Source: Candidatus Aminicenantes bacterium
Lineage (GTDB): Bacteria > Acidobacteriota > Aminicenantia > Aminicenantales > Aminicenantaceae
Direction of reading: 5' to 3'
DNA: 49,621 nucleotides
Assembly: GCA_029882525.1 (NCBI GenBank)
Contig: JAOUKO010000003.1
Location: forward strand, 1 to 49,621
The notes beneath the pieces are model-generated. The model did not search any database. It saw only the letters and a list, made by a program, of their open reading frames with translations, and was not told the DNA's origin. Numbering within the stretch: position 1 is the stretch's first letter; every line of letters starts with the position of its first letter. The position numbers and the translations under genes are program-made. Shown in pieces: positions 17,791-26,762 of this stretch.

Positions 17791-19080
17791 CTAACGGGCA
17801 AAATAGCCAAGCCGATGCTCGACTCTGAAGTTTTTATCTTTCACCTTCACTTTGATCTCTTTAAACTTCCCGTCGCTTTTGTAGTTTTGGGGTGTATAGT
17901 AAAGAAGGTAGTAATTCTCAGATGCCCCCAAAGCCTGCTGGAATAAGAAGGCTGAATTTGCAGAACTTGCTGAATATCCGCCCGTTGCTTTCGCCATCTC
18001 ATGAAAAACTGAGAATATGTCTTCAGAATGTTCTTCCATGCGGATTCCGAATACATGTTGAGGCGGTCTGGAAATAAACAGAAAATGAATGGAAATGGAT
18101 GAATCTGCGTAAGCCTGCTTTATGCGTTCCACATCCAGAGTGATTTCTCGCCTATAAAAATCAAAAAGCCCTGAAATGGTATGAATAATATTCGGTCTGT
18201 CCTGGAATATAGCCAAATACTGATCGAGGATTTTCGGGTCAATCTGGGGGATGTATTCCTTTTCATAGAACATGAAAATATATTTCTGCCCCTCTTTATC
18301 TTTAATCAAATCCGAAAATTCTAAAAATTTCTTCTGTTCGAAACTCCTTATGTTTTCCAGCCTCCCCAGGAGGTCCGCATACCTCGTGATTTGTTCATCG
18401 ATGGACATGCCTTCGTATTGGCCGGTTGAAAAACCGTCCACATACCTAGTTGTGAATGCTACGCTTCCAGCTTCTGTCCCTTCTGTTGCTTCATCCGTAA
18501 CAGCCCCGAATGACTGGATAGCTGAAGCTAATGACTTTGCTAAGCGAACCATGTCATCGAGTATATCCCTGTACTCTGAGTTCCCGATCATGGCATCCCT
18601 TCTCAGTATCCCTTTAAGCTGATTCACAATATCTTCTTTGGATAAAACCTCTAATGTCTTGCCCTTCAGCCTGTATGTTTTCATGGAAGTGATAACTGTC
18701 AGATTATCACCGGGAACCAGTATCTCATGGACAAAATACTCGACTGCATCTCCAAGCTTAGCCGTGTATTCGTTGATCTCGAAGAAAAGATAGAAATTTC
18801 TTGAGGTCTCGGGTGCAAACCTCTTGTTTTCCTCCCTTCTTTCTATACTCCTCTTTTTTACAAGATAAACAGCCTCTACCCTCTGAGGAATCCCGTCCTC
18901 TAATACTTCAAAATCATTGAGGGTGAGGTCATCGATGAACCTGTTACCCTGAAAGACTCTTACAGGGACTTCCACATTGATGACCATGGTCTCTTCAGAA
19001 AGTTTTTGATCAGAGACCTGTTGAGAAAAAACAGAAAGGCCAAGGATGACTATTGCGCCTATTATTGTCAATTTTTTCAT
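17791..19080 (-). CDS. VWFA-related Acidobacteria-type secreted protein, paralog 1
   Basis: Signal peptide; VEVPVRV...DDLTLNDFEVLEDGIPQ; AKATGG; YYLLYY...DGKFKEIKVKV...HRLGYFA. Confidence 0.8.
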   Translation of the reverse strand: MKKLTIIGAIVILGLSVFSQQVSDQKLSEETMVINVEVPVRVFQGNRFIDDLTLNDFEVLEDGIPQRVEAVYLVKKRSIERREENKRFAPETSRNFYLFFEINEYTAKLGDAVEYFVHEILVPGDNLTVITSMKTYRLKGKTLEVLSKEDIVNQLKGILRRDAMIGNSEYRDILDDMVRLAKSLASAIQSFGAVTDEATEGTEAGSVAFTTRYVDGFSTGQYEGMSIDEQITRYADLLGRLENIRSFEQKKFLEFSDLIKDKEGQKYIFMFYEKEYIPQIDPKILDQYLAIFQDRPNIIHTISGLFDFYRREITLDVERIKQAYADSSISIHFLFISRPPQHVFGIRMEEHSEDIFSVFHEMAKATGGYSASSANSAFLFQQALGASENYYLLYYTPQNYKSDGKFKEIKVKVKDKNFRVEHRLGYFAR

Positions 19081-19123
19081 TTCTAACCCCTACTTTTATT
19101 AAATAGCAGAGAGAGACAGGCAA

Positions 19124-19269
19124 GTCAACTTGGAGGGGGAACTGACTTCCCCCTTCCAACGCTCGCTTCCGCTCGCTGCCTCCCCTTCTCGGGCGGGGCA
19201 TCAACCCACGCCCTGCGACCAAGGGGACATACCCCCTTGGATCCCCCCGACGATCGTTCCGATCGTCAA
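19124..19269 (+). mobile_element. Repeat family A copy 2 (146 bp, lacks the nested hairpin)
   Basis: Aligns to copies 1 and 3 except for a 29-nt indel; GTCAACTTGGAGGGG restarts at 19265. Confidence 0.8.
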
Positions 19270-19347
19270 CTTGGAGGGGAGAGGGTCTTGGCAAGGACGC
19301 GGAGGAACCCGGGCTTTATCAGGTATAAAGAAGATTTGAGTCGGCCT

Positions 19348-20553
19348 CTAATCGGCAAAATAGCCAGACCGGTGAAGTATCCTGAAGTCTTTATCCTTGA
19401 CCCTGATCTTTATCTCCCTGAATTTTCCGTCCTTCCTGTAACTCGACGGACTATAATAAAGGAGATAGTAGTTTTCAGATGCCTCAACAGCATTCTGGAA
19501 CAAGGAAACGGGATTAGCAGAACTCTCGGAAAGACCTCCTGTCGCCTTCGCTATCTCATTGAAGGCGTTGAATATATCTTCAGAATGCTCAACCATGAGG
19601 ACGCCCGGGATATAAGCTGCGGGCTTGGCGAAGAATAAAAAGTGGATAGAAATCGAAGAATCCGCATACGCTTGTTTGACTTTATCAATATCGAAAGAAA
19701 TCTCTCTCCTGTAAAAATCAAAAAGCCCCGCCAGAGTGTGGCTTATATCCTCCCTGTCTTGATTCAAACTCATGATTTGGTTCAAAACCCGGCGCTCGAT
19801 CTGGGGAATGTATTCTCTCTGGTAGAAGAGAAAGACGTACTTCTGTCCTTCCTTATCCCGTAAATATTCTGCAAATTCTAGGAGCTTTTTCTGGTCGACC
19901 GTTCTGATCTGTTCTAATTTTTTCAGGAGCTCGGCATACATCGAGATTTGGACGTCAAGCTCCAACCCCTGGTATTCAGCCGTGCTGAATTCATCCTGGT
20001 TGCTCGAGGCAGACGAGAGCGCCTTTGCCAAACCGGCAAGGTCATGGACAGCATTCCTGTATTCAGAGCTTCCTGCGAGAGTATCCCTTCTCAATATTCC
20101 GATGATCTGACTCACGATTTTCTCCCTGGGAAGGGTGTCCAAAATGTCCGGCTTCATCCTGTAGGTCTTCATCGGAGTAATGACCGAGAGGTTATCCCCG
20201 GGGAAGAGGACGTTATTCACAAAATAATCCACTGCCTTGCCGATTCTTGGAGTGTATTCGGTGACCTCAAAAAAGAGATAAAAATTTCTCGTTGTCTCGG
20301 GCACGAATCTTTTCTTTTCCTCCCTTCTCTCAATGGTTCTCTTCTTTATCAAGTAGACCGCTTCTACTTTCTGAGGGATTCCATCCTCGAAGACCTCAAA
20401 ATCGTCTATAGTCAAGCTGTCAATGAAGATATTTCCGTTGAACACCCTGACCGGGACTTCAATGTTTATCACCAATGATTCGTGAGTGATCTCTTGGGCA
20501 AAAATTGTTAGGCCAAAAGCAAGTATTCCGATAACAATTATCTTCTTTAACAA
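19348..20553 (-). CDS. VWFA-related Acidobacteria-type secreted protein, paralog 2
   Basis: Collinear with 17791-19080 and carries the same motifs; AGGAG RBS before TTG start. Confidence 0.8.
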   Translation of the reverse strand: MLKKIIVIGILAFGLTIFAQEITHESLVINIEVPVRVFNGNIFIDSLTIDDFEVFEDGIPQKVEAVYLIKKRTIERREEKKRFVPETTRNFYLFFEVTEYTPRIGKAVDYFVNNVLFPGDNLSVITPMKTYRMKPDILDTLPREKIVSQIIGILRRDTLAGSSEYRNAVHDLAGLAKALSSASSNQDEFSTAEYQGLELDVQISMYAELLKKLEQIRTVDQKKLLEFAEYLRDKEGQKYVFLFYQREYIPQIERRVLNQIMSLNQDREDISHTLAGLFDFYRREISFDIDKVKQAYADSSISIHFLFFAKPAAYIPGVLMVEHSEDIFNAFNEIAKATGGLSESSANPVSLFQNAVEASENYYLLYYSPSSYRKDGKFREIKIRVKDKDFRILHRSGYFAD

Positions 20554-20655
20554 TCCAAGGCTCCTTGTTCTTCAAATCTAAATCTATGGAATATGGATAT
20601 TATAGAGTAGAGATGAAAAAGTTAGCAATCTATTTCCTCAGAATCAAGAAAAAAA

Positions 20656-20715
20656 GGTCAGGTCCCCATTCGCCACTTTCTTATCATGAAAATTGGGGAC
20701 AGTCTCCAATTCGCC
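20656..20715. repeat. Degenerate REP-like GGGGACAGTC(T/C)CC motifs related to family C
   Basis: GGTCAGGTCCCCATTCGCC and AATTGGGGACAGTCTCCAATTCGCC. Confidence 0.45.
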
Positions 20716-20725
20716 CAGGGAAACC

Positions 20726-22105
20726 TCAGCCTTTTTTCCTCAGCTCCTGGAGGTTTCCGAGGGTCGATTGGATCACTTCCGGCAGGGCCGGATGAATATG
20801 CATCCCGTTGATGATGGGCCTCACGGTTCCATCTATCGACATGGCGTTGATCACTTCTTGAATGAGGATGGGCGCATAAGGTCCGATCACGTGGAATCCT
20901 AAAATCCTCCCGCTGTTTTTCTCGATGATGATCTTGGCAAAGCTATCCTCCTCCATCATTGCCTCTCCCTTGGCTACTTCTGAGTATTTCGCCTTGCCGA
21001 CCAGGATATCATGATTTTTCCTGGCTTCTTCCTCTCCTAACCCGACAGAAGCGACCTGCGGATAGGAAAACACGGCATGTGGAACTTTATCATAATCCAC
21101 CTTGTTCCTCTCGCCGTGTATGGCGTTGTGCCAGACGAGATCAGCTTCTCTGTTGGCCGAATGTCTGAACATTTTCTTTCCGATCGCGTCTCCGAAGGCC
21201 CAGATATTCACCTTGCTTGTCTCCAGGTAATCATTGACTGCGATGTATCCCCTCTGATCCACTTTCACTCCAGTTTTCTCAACTTTCAAGAGGTCCGCGT
21301 TGGACTTTCTTCCAGCAGCCAATAAGATCCTTTCGGCGCTGAATTCCCTCTCTTCTCCTGAAACCTTATCCCTGGTGATAACTTTCATCTCCTCTTTTCC
21401 CCTTTTGACTTCCCGGGCCTCAGTGTTGGTGAAGATATCCATGCGTTTTCCCATTTTCGTCTTCAACAGCTCAGAAACCTCTGGCTCTTCATCGCGCACC
21501 AGTCTCCCCGCCCGCTGGAGGATGGTGACTTTGGTCCTCATTGAAGCGAAGAAATGCCCGAATTCAGCAGCGATGTATCCTCCGCCGATGATGATCAGGC
21601 TCTCTGGTTTCCGGGTGAGATCCAGGACATTCTCGTTGGTCAAATAATCAACATTCTCTATTCCCTTTATCGGAGGTATCAGCGGTCTGGCCCCAGAGGT
21701 GATAAATATCTTCCTTCCTTTTATCCTCTCCCCTTCAACTTCCAGAGTGTAATCGTCTGCGAAGGAGCCCAAACCCTCATAAAAATCCAATTCCTCCGTG
21801 TGTTCAATACCTTCTCTGATATGAGTCTGACTTTTCTCGATCGTTCTTTTCATCCTCTCCATTATGGCCTGAAAATCGACCTGTTTTATTTCAGCATGAA
21901 TACCCAGCTTTGCCGCTTCCTGAATCTCGACCACTCTATCTGCCGGAAAAATCAACATCTTGGTCGGAATGCATCCCACATTCAAACAGGTTCCTCCCAG
22001 AGGACCCTTGTCCACCAGGGCGACGCTCAAGCCATGGGCCAACGCTTGCTCGACAACGATCGCCCCTGCTCCGGAACCGATCACGATCACATCATACTCT
22101 TTCAT
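20726..22105 (-). CDS. Class I pyridine nucleotide-disulfide oxidoreductase (dihydrolipoamide dehydrogenase/mycothione reductase-like)
   Basis: GSGAG FAD motif, GGTCLNVGCIP, GGGYIAAE, HPALPE. Confidence 0.88.
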   Translation of the reverse strand: MKEYDVIVIGSGAGAIVVEQALAHGLSVALVDKGPLGGTCLNVGCIPTKMLIFPADRVVEIQEAAKLGIHAEIKQVDFQAIMERMKRTIEKSQTHIREGIEHTEELDFYEGLGSFADDYTLEVEGERIKGRKIFITSGARPLIPPIKGIENVDYLTNENVLDLTRKPESLIIIGGGYIAAEFGHFFASMRTKVTILQRAGRLVRDEEPEVSELLKTKMGKRMDIFTNTEAREVKRGKEEMKVITRDKVSGEEREFSAERILLAAGRKSNADLLKVEKTGVKVDQRGYIAVNDYLETSKVNIWAFGDAIGKKMFRHSANREADLVWHNAIHGERNKVDYDKVPHAVFSYPQVASVGLGEEEARKNHDILVGKAKYSEVAKGEAMMEEDSFAKIIIEKNSGRILGFHVIGPYAPILIQEVINAMSIDGTVRPIINGMHIHPALPEVIQSTLGNLQELRKKG

Positions 22106-22143
22106 CCCGTTCTCCCTAAATGGATTCTGCCATTATGGAAGGT

Positions 22144-22321
22144 AAGCATTTCTATCCCCGTGACAGATAATTATGAAGGTGTAATCTGCCACAGCGCCGG
22201 TTCCCCTCCATCCAAGCCAGGACCCTCCTACCCTCCTCCACGGGCTTCAGATGAAGAGAAACCGTCGCTCCACTTCTGAATAAAGTCAGATGTTTCCCTC
22301 ATCACAGAAATGGAGATTCTT
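22144..22321 (+). mobile_element. Repeat family B copy 1 (MITE-like, ~20-bp imperfect TIRs)
   Basis: AAGCATTTCTATCCCCGTGA...TCACAGAAATGGAGATTCTT; body matches 33580-33757 and the reverse complement of 41185-41354. Confidence 0.8.
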
Positions 22322-22386
22322 ACATATGGCAATTTTTTATGGACGAATGAATTTCATTTTGTTAGAATATGTGATACTATTAATAT

Positions 22387-22490
22387 TACTATTATGAACG
22401 AAGGGCGTCAGCGTGAGCGGTGGTTATTCATAATTAACTCCTTACCATCCTCCTTTTCCCCTCGGAAAAGCTGACGCCCAATACCTTCAA
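22387..22490 (+). ncRNA. Candidate structured small RNA (strand uncertain)
   Basis: Extended -10 TGATACTAT at 22372-22380; 10-bp stem GGGCGTCAGC/GCTGACGCCC enclosing CTCCTT and CCTCCTT. Confidence 0.35.
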
Positions 22491-22523
22491 TAAGGGGAAA
22501 TTTAACCAGAATTTAATGAAGCC

Positions 22524-23051
22524 TTAGCGGCTGCTCCGGATCAAATACTTCTGAGGATTCTTGTCCATATCTATGAAATTATCCGCTTCCTCGATCAGCT
22601 TCTGTGAGCTGGATTTGCCGAAGGCCAGGATTTCCACGTAGCAGCCCAGGGCATGCTTGAGATGCTGGACCAAAGGCACATAGTCTCCGTCTCCGCTGAC
22701 CAGGACGATGGCATCCAATTTTGAGGCCAGCTCTATGGTGTCCATGGCTATCCCGATATCCCAGTCGCCCTTCTTGGCCCCACCGAAAAACACCTGAAGG
22801 TCTTTTGCTTTGACTTCATAGCCCAAACCCTTCAGCGCTTCAAAAAAATTGACTTCATCCTTGACATCTGCCTTTATGACGTAAGCAATGGCCCTGATCA
22901 AACTCCTCCCCCTGACAGCTTCCTTGAGCAGCGTTTTGAAATTGACCTTGGCTTTGTATATGTTTCTGGCGGAATAATACATATTCTGCACGTCCACGAA
23001 GATTCCCACTCGCTGTTCCTTGTAGAGTTCGGGCGTTGATTTTTTACTCAT
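22524..23051 (-). CDS. NYN domain (LabA/DUF88, PIN-like) putative ribonuclease
   Basis: FVDVQNMY, KGDWDIGIAMD, LVSGDGDYVPL, ADNFID. Confidence 0.9.
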   Translation of the reverse strand: MSKKSTPELYKEQRVGIFVDVQNMYYSARNIYKAKVNFKTLLKEAVRGRSLIRAIAYVIKADVKDEVNFFEALKGLGYEVKAKDLQVFFGGAKKGDWDIGIAMDTIELASKLDAIVLVSGDGDYVPLVQHLKHALGCYVEILAFGKSSSQKLIEEADNFIDMDKNPQKYLIRSSR

Positions 23052-23179
23052 TGACAATCCATCCTCTCGATGAATGCACAGGCTTTGCCGATATTCCCAC
23101 CTGCTTTTTCAGGGGGGCAATGCAGCCATCTTCCTTATCTCGGAAAGACACCTGTTTTATATCACCGCTTTTCTCTCAA

Positions 23180-23353
23180 GTCAACTTGGAAGGGGAACTG
23201 ACTTCCCCCTTCCAACGCTCGCTTCTGCTCGCTGCCTCCCCTTCTCGGGCGGGACATGAACCCACGCCCTGCGACCAAGGGGGCATACCCCCTTGGATCC
23301 CCCGACGATCGATTCCCCGCGGAAAGCCGCGGGGCATACCATCCGATCGCCAA
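23180..23353 (+). mobile_element. Repeat family A copy 3 (174 bp)
   Basis: Near-identical to 17614-17787; ends GCCAA. Confidence 0.8.
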
Positions 23354-23389
23354 TCAGCCTGACCCCAATGGTAAATTTTTATTTTTTCG

Positions 23390-23416
23390 TGTAACCTTTT
23401 CTAATAAGCGCAGTCT
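23390..23416 (+). promoter_or_regulatory. Putative ECF-sigma autoregulatory promoter
   Basis: TGTAAC-N17-GTCT directly upstream of the ECF sigma gene. Confidence 0.55.
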
Positions 23417-23423
23417 TTAATAA

Positions 23424-24011
23424 ATGAACACACTCAAAGAAGGAAAAATTCAGGTGAATCCCCACCCGGACAGAGAAATCATGGAAGAAGTCAAGGAAGG
23501 AAAAGTGGAAAAACTGGCCATTCTTTTCGAAAGGCATCATGTGCCTCTTTATAATTTTTTCCTGCGCCTGACCGGCAGCCAGAACTTCAGCGAAGACCTG
23601 GTCCAGGACGTCTTCTACCGGATCTTGAAATACCGCCATACCTACCAGGGACAGAGCAAGTTCACGATCTGGATGTACCAAATCGCCCGCAACGCCCATA
23701 TCGATCATCTGAGAAAAAGGAAGGAAGAATTGCCTTTAGAAGAGCAGTGGGATGAGGCGGCTGCCAGGGAGCCATCCCCTTATGAAGAGGTGGAAAAGGG
23801 ACAGGACATCGCCCTCCTGAACCAGGCACTGGCCAGACTGCCTCTGAAGAAAAGGGAAATTCTGGTGCTCAGCCGCTTCCAGAACATGAAATACAGGGAA
23901 ATTGCCGAGCTTTTCGGCTGGCAGATAGGCACGGTGAAGGCTTCTGTCCATCGAGCCATCAAAGACCTGGGAAAAATCTACTTTGAGCTTTCAGGAGGTG
24001 CTGCCTCATGA
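23424..24011 (+). CDS. ECF RNA polymerase sigma factor (GTG at 23454 is an alternative start)
   Basis: SEDLVQDVF, FTIWMYQIARN, YREIAELFG...GTVKASVHRA. Confidence 0.92.
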   Translation: MNTLKEGKIQVNPHPDREIMEEVKEGKVEKLAILFERHHVPLYNFFLRLTGSQNFSEDLVQDVFYRILKYRHTYQGQSKFTIWMYQIARNAHIDHLRKRKEELPLEEQWDEAAAREPSPYEEVEKGQDIALLNQALARLPLKKREILVLSRFQNMKYREIAELFGWQIGTVKASVHRAIKDLGKIYFELSGGAAS

Positions 24012-24826
24012 ATTGCAAAAAGATACAGGAAAAATTCCCCGATTTCCTGGTCGGGGATATCGATCAAAAATCCAAAGAGCAGATCCAGGCGCACATCGCA
24101 TCCTGCGCCTCATGTCGCGAGGAGCTGGAAAGTTTGAGCGCGATCTGGACCAAACTGGGAGTCCTCCCAGAAGAAAGGCCGAGCAACGGGCTGCGGAACA
24201 GATTCTACACCATGCTGGAAAGCTATAAACAGGAGCTGGAGAAAGAACGACCCGTATTCAGCCTGAAAAAGCTCTTCACCGGCTGGTCTACAGCCTGGTG
24301 GCCGCGGCGCCCTGTCTTCCAGCTCTCGCTAGCGCTGGTTCTTCTCGTGGTCGGCCTGGCTTCCGGCTATCTCCTGAATTCCGCCCGAGGAAGCAGCGCG
24401 GAGCTTACCCAGCTGCAGCAGGAGGTCCGCGACATGCGCCAGGTTGTGGCTACCGCTCTTCTTGAGAAGCCGTCTCCAAGCGAAAGACTCAGGGGAGTGA
24501 GCTGGAGCTCTCAGGTCAAGCATCCTGACGCTGGAATGCTCGAAAAGTTGATGACCACCCTGAACAACGACCCCAACGTCAATGTCCGTCTCTCGGTCGT
24601 CGATGCCCTCTACCTTTTCTACGACAACCAGATAGTCAAGAAAGGAATCATCGAGTCTCTTTCCAGCCAGACTTCACCTCTGGTGCAGGTGGCCATCATC
24701 GACCTTATCACCGATATGCGGGAAAGGAAAGCGGTCGAATCGCTCAAGACTCTGATCCAGACAGAAGAGTTCAACCCTCAGGTCAAACAGCATGCTGAAC
24801 TTAGCATCCAGAGGATAAGCTTTTAG
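24008..24826 (+). CDS. Zinc-binding (zf-HC2) anti-sigma factor with TM helix and C-terminal HEAT-like repeats
   Basis: C...HIASCASC; TM LSLALVLLVVGLASGYLL; DPNVNVRL/SPLVQV repeats; ATGA overlap with sigma gene. Confidence 0.88.
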   Translation: MNCKKIQEKFPDFLVGDIDQKSKEQIQAHIASCASCREELESLSAIWTKLGVLPEERPSNGLRNRFYTMLESYKQELEKERPVFSLKKLFTGWSTAWWPRRPVFQLSLALVLLVVGLASGYLLNSARGSSAELTQLQQEVRDMRQVVATALLEKPSPSERLRGVSWSSQVKHPDAGMLEKLMTTLNNDPNVNVRLSVVDALYLFYDNQIVKKGIIESLSSQTSPLVQVAIIDLITDMRERKAVESLKTLIQTEEFNPQVKQHAELSIQRISF

Positions 24827-24832
24827 GAGGAA

Positions 24833-25696
24833 ATGATGAGAAAGATACTTTCCGCTTTAGGCATGATATGCCTTCTGAGCTTCCCCCTCGGGCTCATCGG
24901 ACACGATCCCGGATACAAAGTTGAAGAGAAAGAGGAGATCCAGAAGACCTTGAAGTTCGAGGACCCATCCCAGCCAAAGGAGCTTCTGGTGGACAACATA
25001 TTCGGGTCCATAAAAGCGGAGGGGTACGACGGTCCTGATGTCCAGCTTGTCGTCCACAAGACCATCAAAGCCCGGACAAAAGACAGGATCCAGAAAGCGA
25101 AGGAAGAAGTGGAGCTCGTGATCACCGAGGAAAAAAACGCCATCGACCTCTACGTGGACGGACCTTTCCGCAACAGCCACAAAAATCGAAGCTGGCGTGA
25201 TCCCGGCTACGCGGTCCATTACGACTTTGAGCTCAAGGTGCCTCATAAAACGAACCTTTGCCTCAAAACAGTCACCGAAGGAAACATCACTGTTAAAAAT
25301 ATCGAAGGAGAGTTCGAGGTCCAAAACGTCAACGGCTGGATCGAAATGACAGATGTGGCCGGAGCCGGCACGGCCCATACGGTCAACGGAAGGGTCGAGG
25401 TGCATTTCACCCGAAATCCCCAGTCCGACTGCTCCTTCCGGACCATAAACGGAGATATCGAAGTCTCCTTTCTTGATAATCTATCGGCTGACTTCCGGCT
25501 GAAAACATTCAGCGGTGACGCTTACTCTGACTTCCCCATGACCTACCTGCCGCGCCAGGCTGCGGAAGTGAAGCGCGACAAAGGAAAATATCTCTATAAA
25601 AGCGATCGCTCCGTGGGTATCCGGGTTCAGAAGGGCGGACCCAAGATTGAAATGGATACCATGAACGGCGATCTCATTATCAGCAAAAAAAAATAA
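24833..25696 (+). CDS. DUF4097 (putative adhesin) beta-strand repeat protein
   Basis: AGGAGG RBS; signal peptide; repeated (T/N)-x-NG-x-I motifs. Confidence 0.8.
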   Translation: MMRKILSALGMICLLSFPLGLIGHDPGYKVEEKEEIQKTLKFEDPSQPKELLVDNIFGSIKAEGYDGPDVQLVVHKTIKARTKDRIQKAKEEVELVITEEKNAIDLYVDGPFRNSHKNRSWRDPGYAVHYDFELKVPHKTNLCLKTVTEGNITVKNIEGEFEVQNVNGWIEMTDVAGAGTAHTVNGRVEVHFTRNPQSDCSFRTINGDIEVSFLDNLSADFRLKTFSGDAYSDFPMTYLPRQAAEVKRDKGKYLYKSDRSVGIRVQKGGPKIEMDTMNGDLIISKKK

Positions 25697-25719
25697 ATGA
25701 ATATCAAGGAGGATAGAAA

Positions 25720-26694
25720 ATGAACAAAATCACCAAATATCTTGGAGTCATCACCATCCTGCTTTTCGCAGGGACATTCCTCTATACCCAGGAACAGGCT
25801 GTTGACCGGGTGACCGTGCCCTTCAGCAATCCCTCCAAGCCCGGTAAACTGGATGTCAGCGTCCAAAACGGAGGAATCGCCATCAAGGGTTACAATGGGA
25901 AGGAAGTCATCATCGAAGCTCGAGTGCGCGAGAGAAAGGTCGAAGCCAAATTGGCCGAAGGGATTCCAGTCAAGCCGGATGAAAAAAGACTGAGATTAGC
26001 CGTACGACTCCCGAAGAAAGAAGAAGAGAAAAAGTCCAAGGAGGTCGACATCGATAAACTCGATATCCCCGACCAAGTGAAAGAAGCCATCAAATCCGGG
26101 CGTATCCCGAATGTAGAAGGGCTGCGCCGCATTCCGGTTCCGGGAGGAACAGGACTGGAAGTCGAGGAAGAAGACAACGTTATGGAAGTGCGCACAAGTA
26201 CGTTTCAACAGGCGGTTGACGTCGTTATCCAGGCCCCTTACAACACCACTCTCGAGCTCAGCTCCATGAACAACGGCACGATCACGGTCGAGAATATCAC
26301 CGGTGAGGTCGAAGTCAGCAACATGAATGGGCCGATAAAGCTCACCGGGATCTCCGGAACCGTTGTCGCTCATTCGATGAACGGCTGGATCACAGTCGCC
26401 CTGGAAAGCGTGACCCCGAACAAGCCGATGTCCTTCAGCACCATGAACGGAGATATCGACGTGACACTCCCGGCCAGCGTCAAAGCCAAAGTGAAGATTA
26501 AATCCGATATGGGAGAGGTCTACAGTGATTTCGATATCCAGGTAGACACCGTGCCTCAAAAGATAGAGGAAAAAGACGAAGGAAGGTACCGGGTCAGTTT
26601 CGAAAAATACATCATGGGCACGATCAACGGCGGCGGACCAGAGTACACATTCAAGACATACCACGGAGATATCATCATCCGCAAAGCGAAATAA
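25720..26694 (+). CDS. DUF4097 (putative adhesin) beta-strand repeat protein
   Basis: AGGAGG RBS; signal peptide; SMNNGTI/NMNGPI/TMNGDI repeats; GTINGGGPE..FKTYHGDI end. Confidence 0.8.
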   Translation: MNKITKYLGVITILLFAGTFLYTQEQAVDRVTVPFSNPSKPGKLDVSVQNGGIAIKGYNGKEVIIEARVRERKVEAKLAEGIPVKPDEKRLRLAVRLPKKEEEKKSKEVDIDKLDIPDQVKEAIKSGRIPNVEGLRRIPVPGGTGLEVEEEDNVMEVRTSTFQQAVDVVIQAPYNTTLELSSMNNGTITVENITGEVEVSNMNGPIKLTGISGTVVAHSMNGWITVALESVTPNKPMSFSTMNGDIDVTLPASVKAKVKIKSDMGEVYSDFDIQVDTVPQKIEEKDEGRYRVSFEKYIMGTINGGGPEYTFKTYHGDIIIRKAK

Positions 26695-26762
26695 CAGCGG
26701 AGAGGGCTGAGCAAAGCCTGAAGAGCGAAGTCCGAAGCATCCGAAGCATAGGAAAGAAAAAA

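Noticed and set aside
17614-23353. Family A as a CRISPR array or HEARO/IscB omega-RNA
   Set aside because: Units are 146-174 bp and separated by whole genes; no cas, iscB or tnpB gene is present, and only the leading GTCAAC resembles those elements
17587-23362. Near-identical small ORFs (17587-17946, 17593-17787, 19010-19294, 19130-19339, 23036-23362, 23162-23353)
   Set aside because: They are translations of repeat family A with inconsistent starts and stops between copies and no RBS
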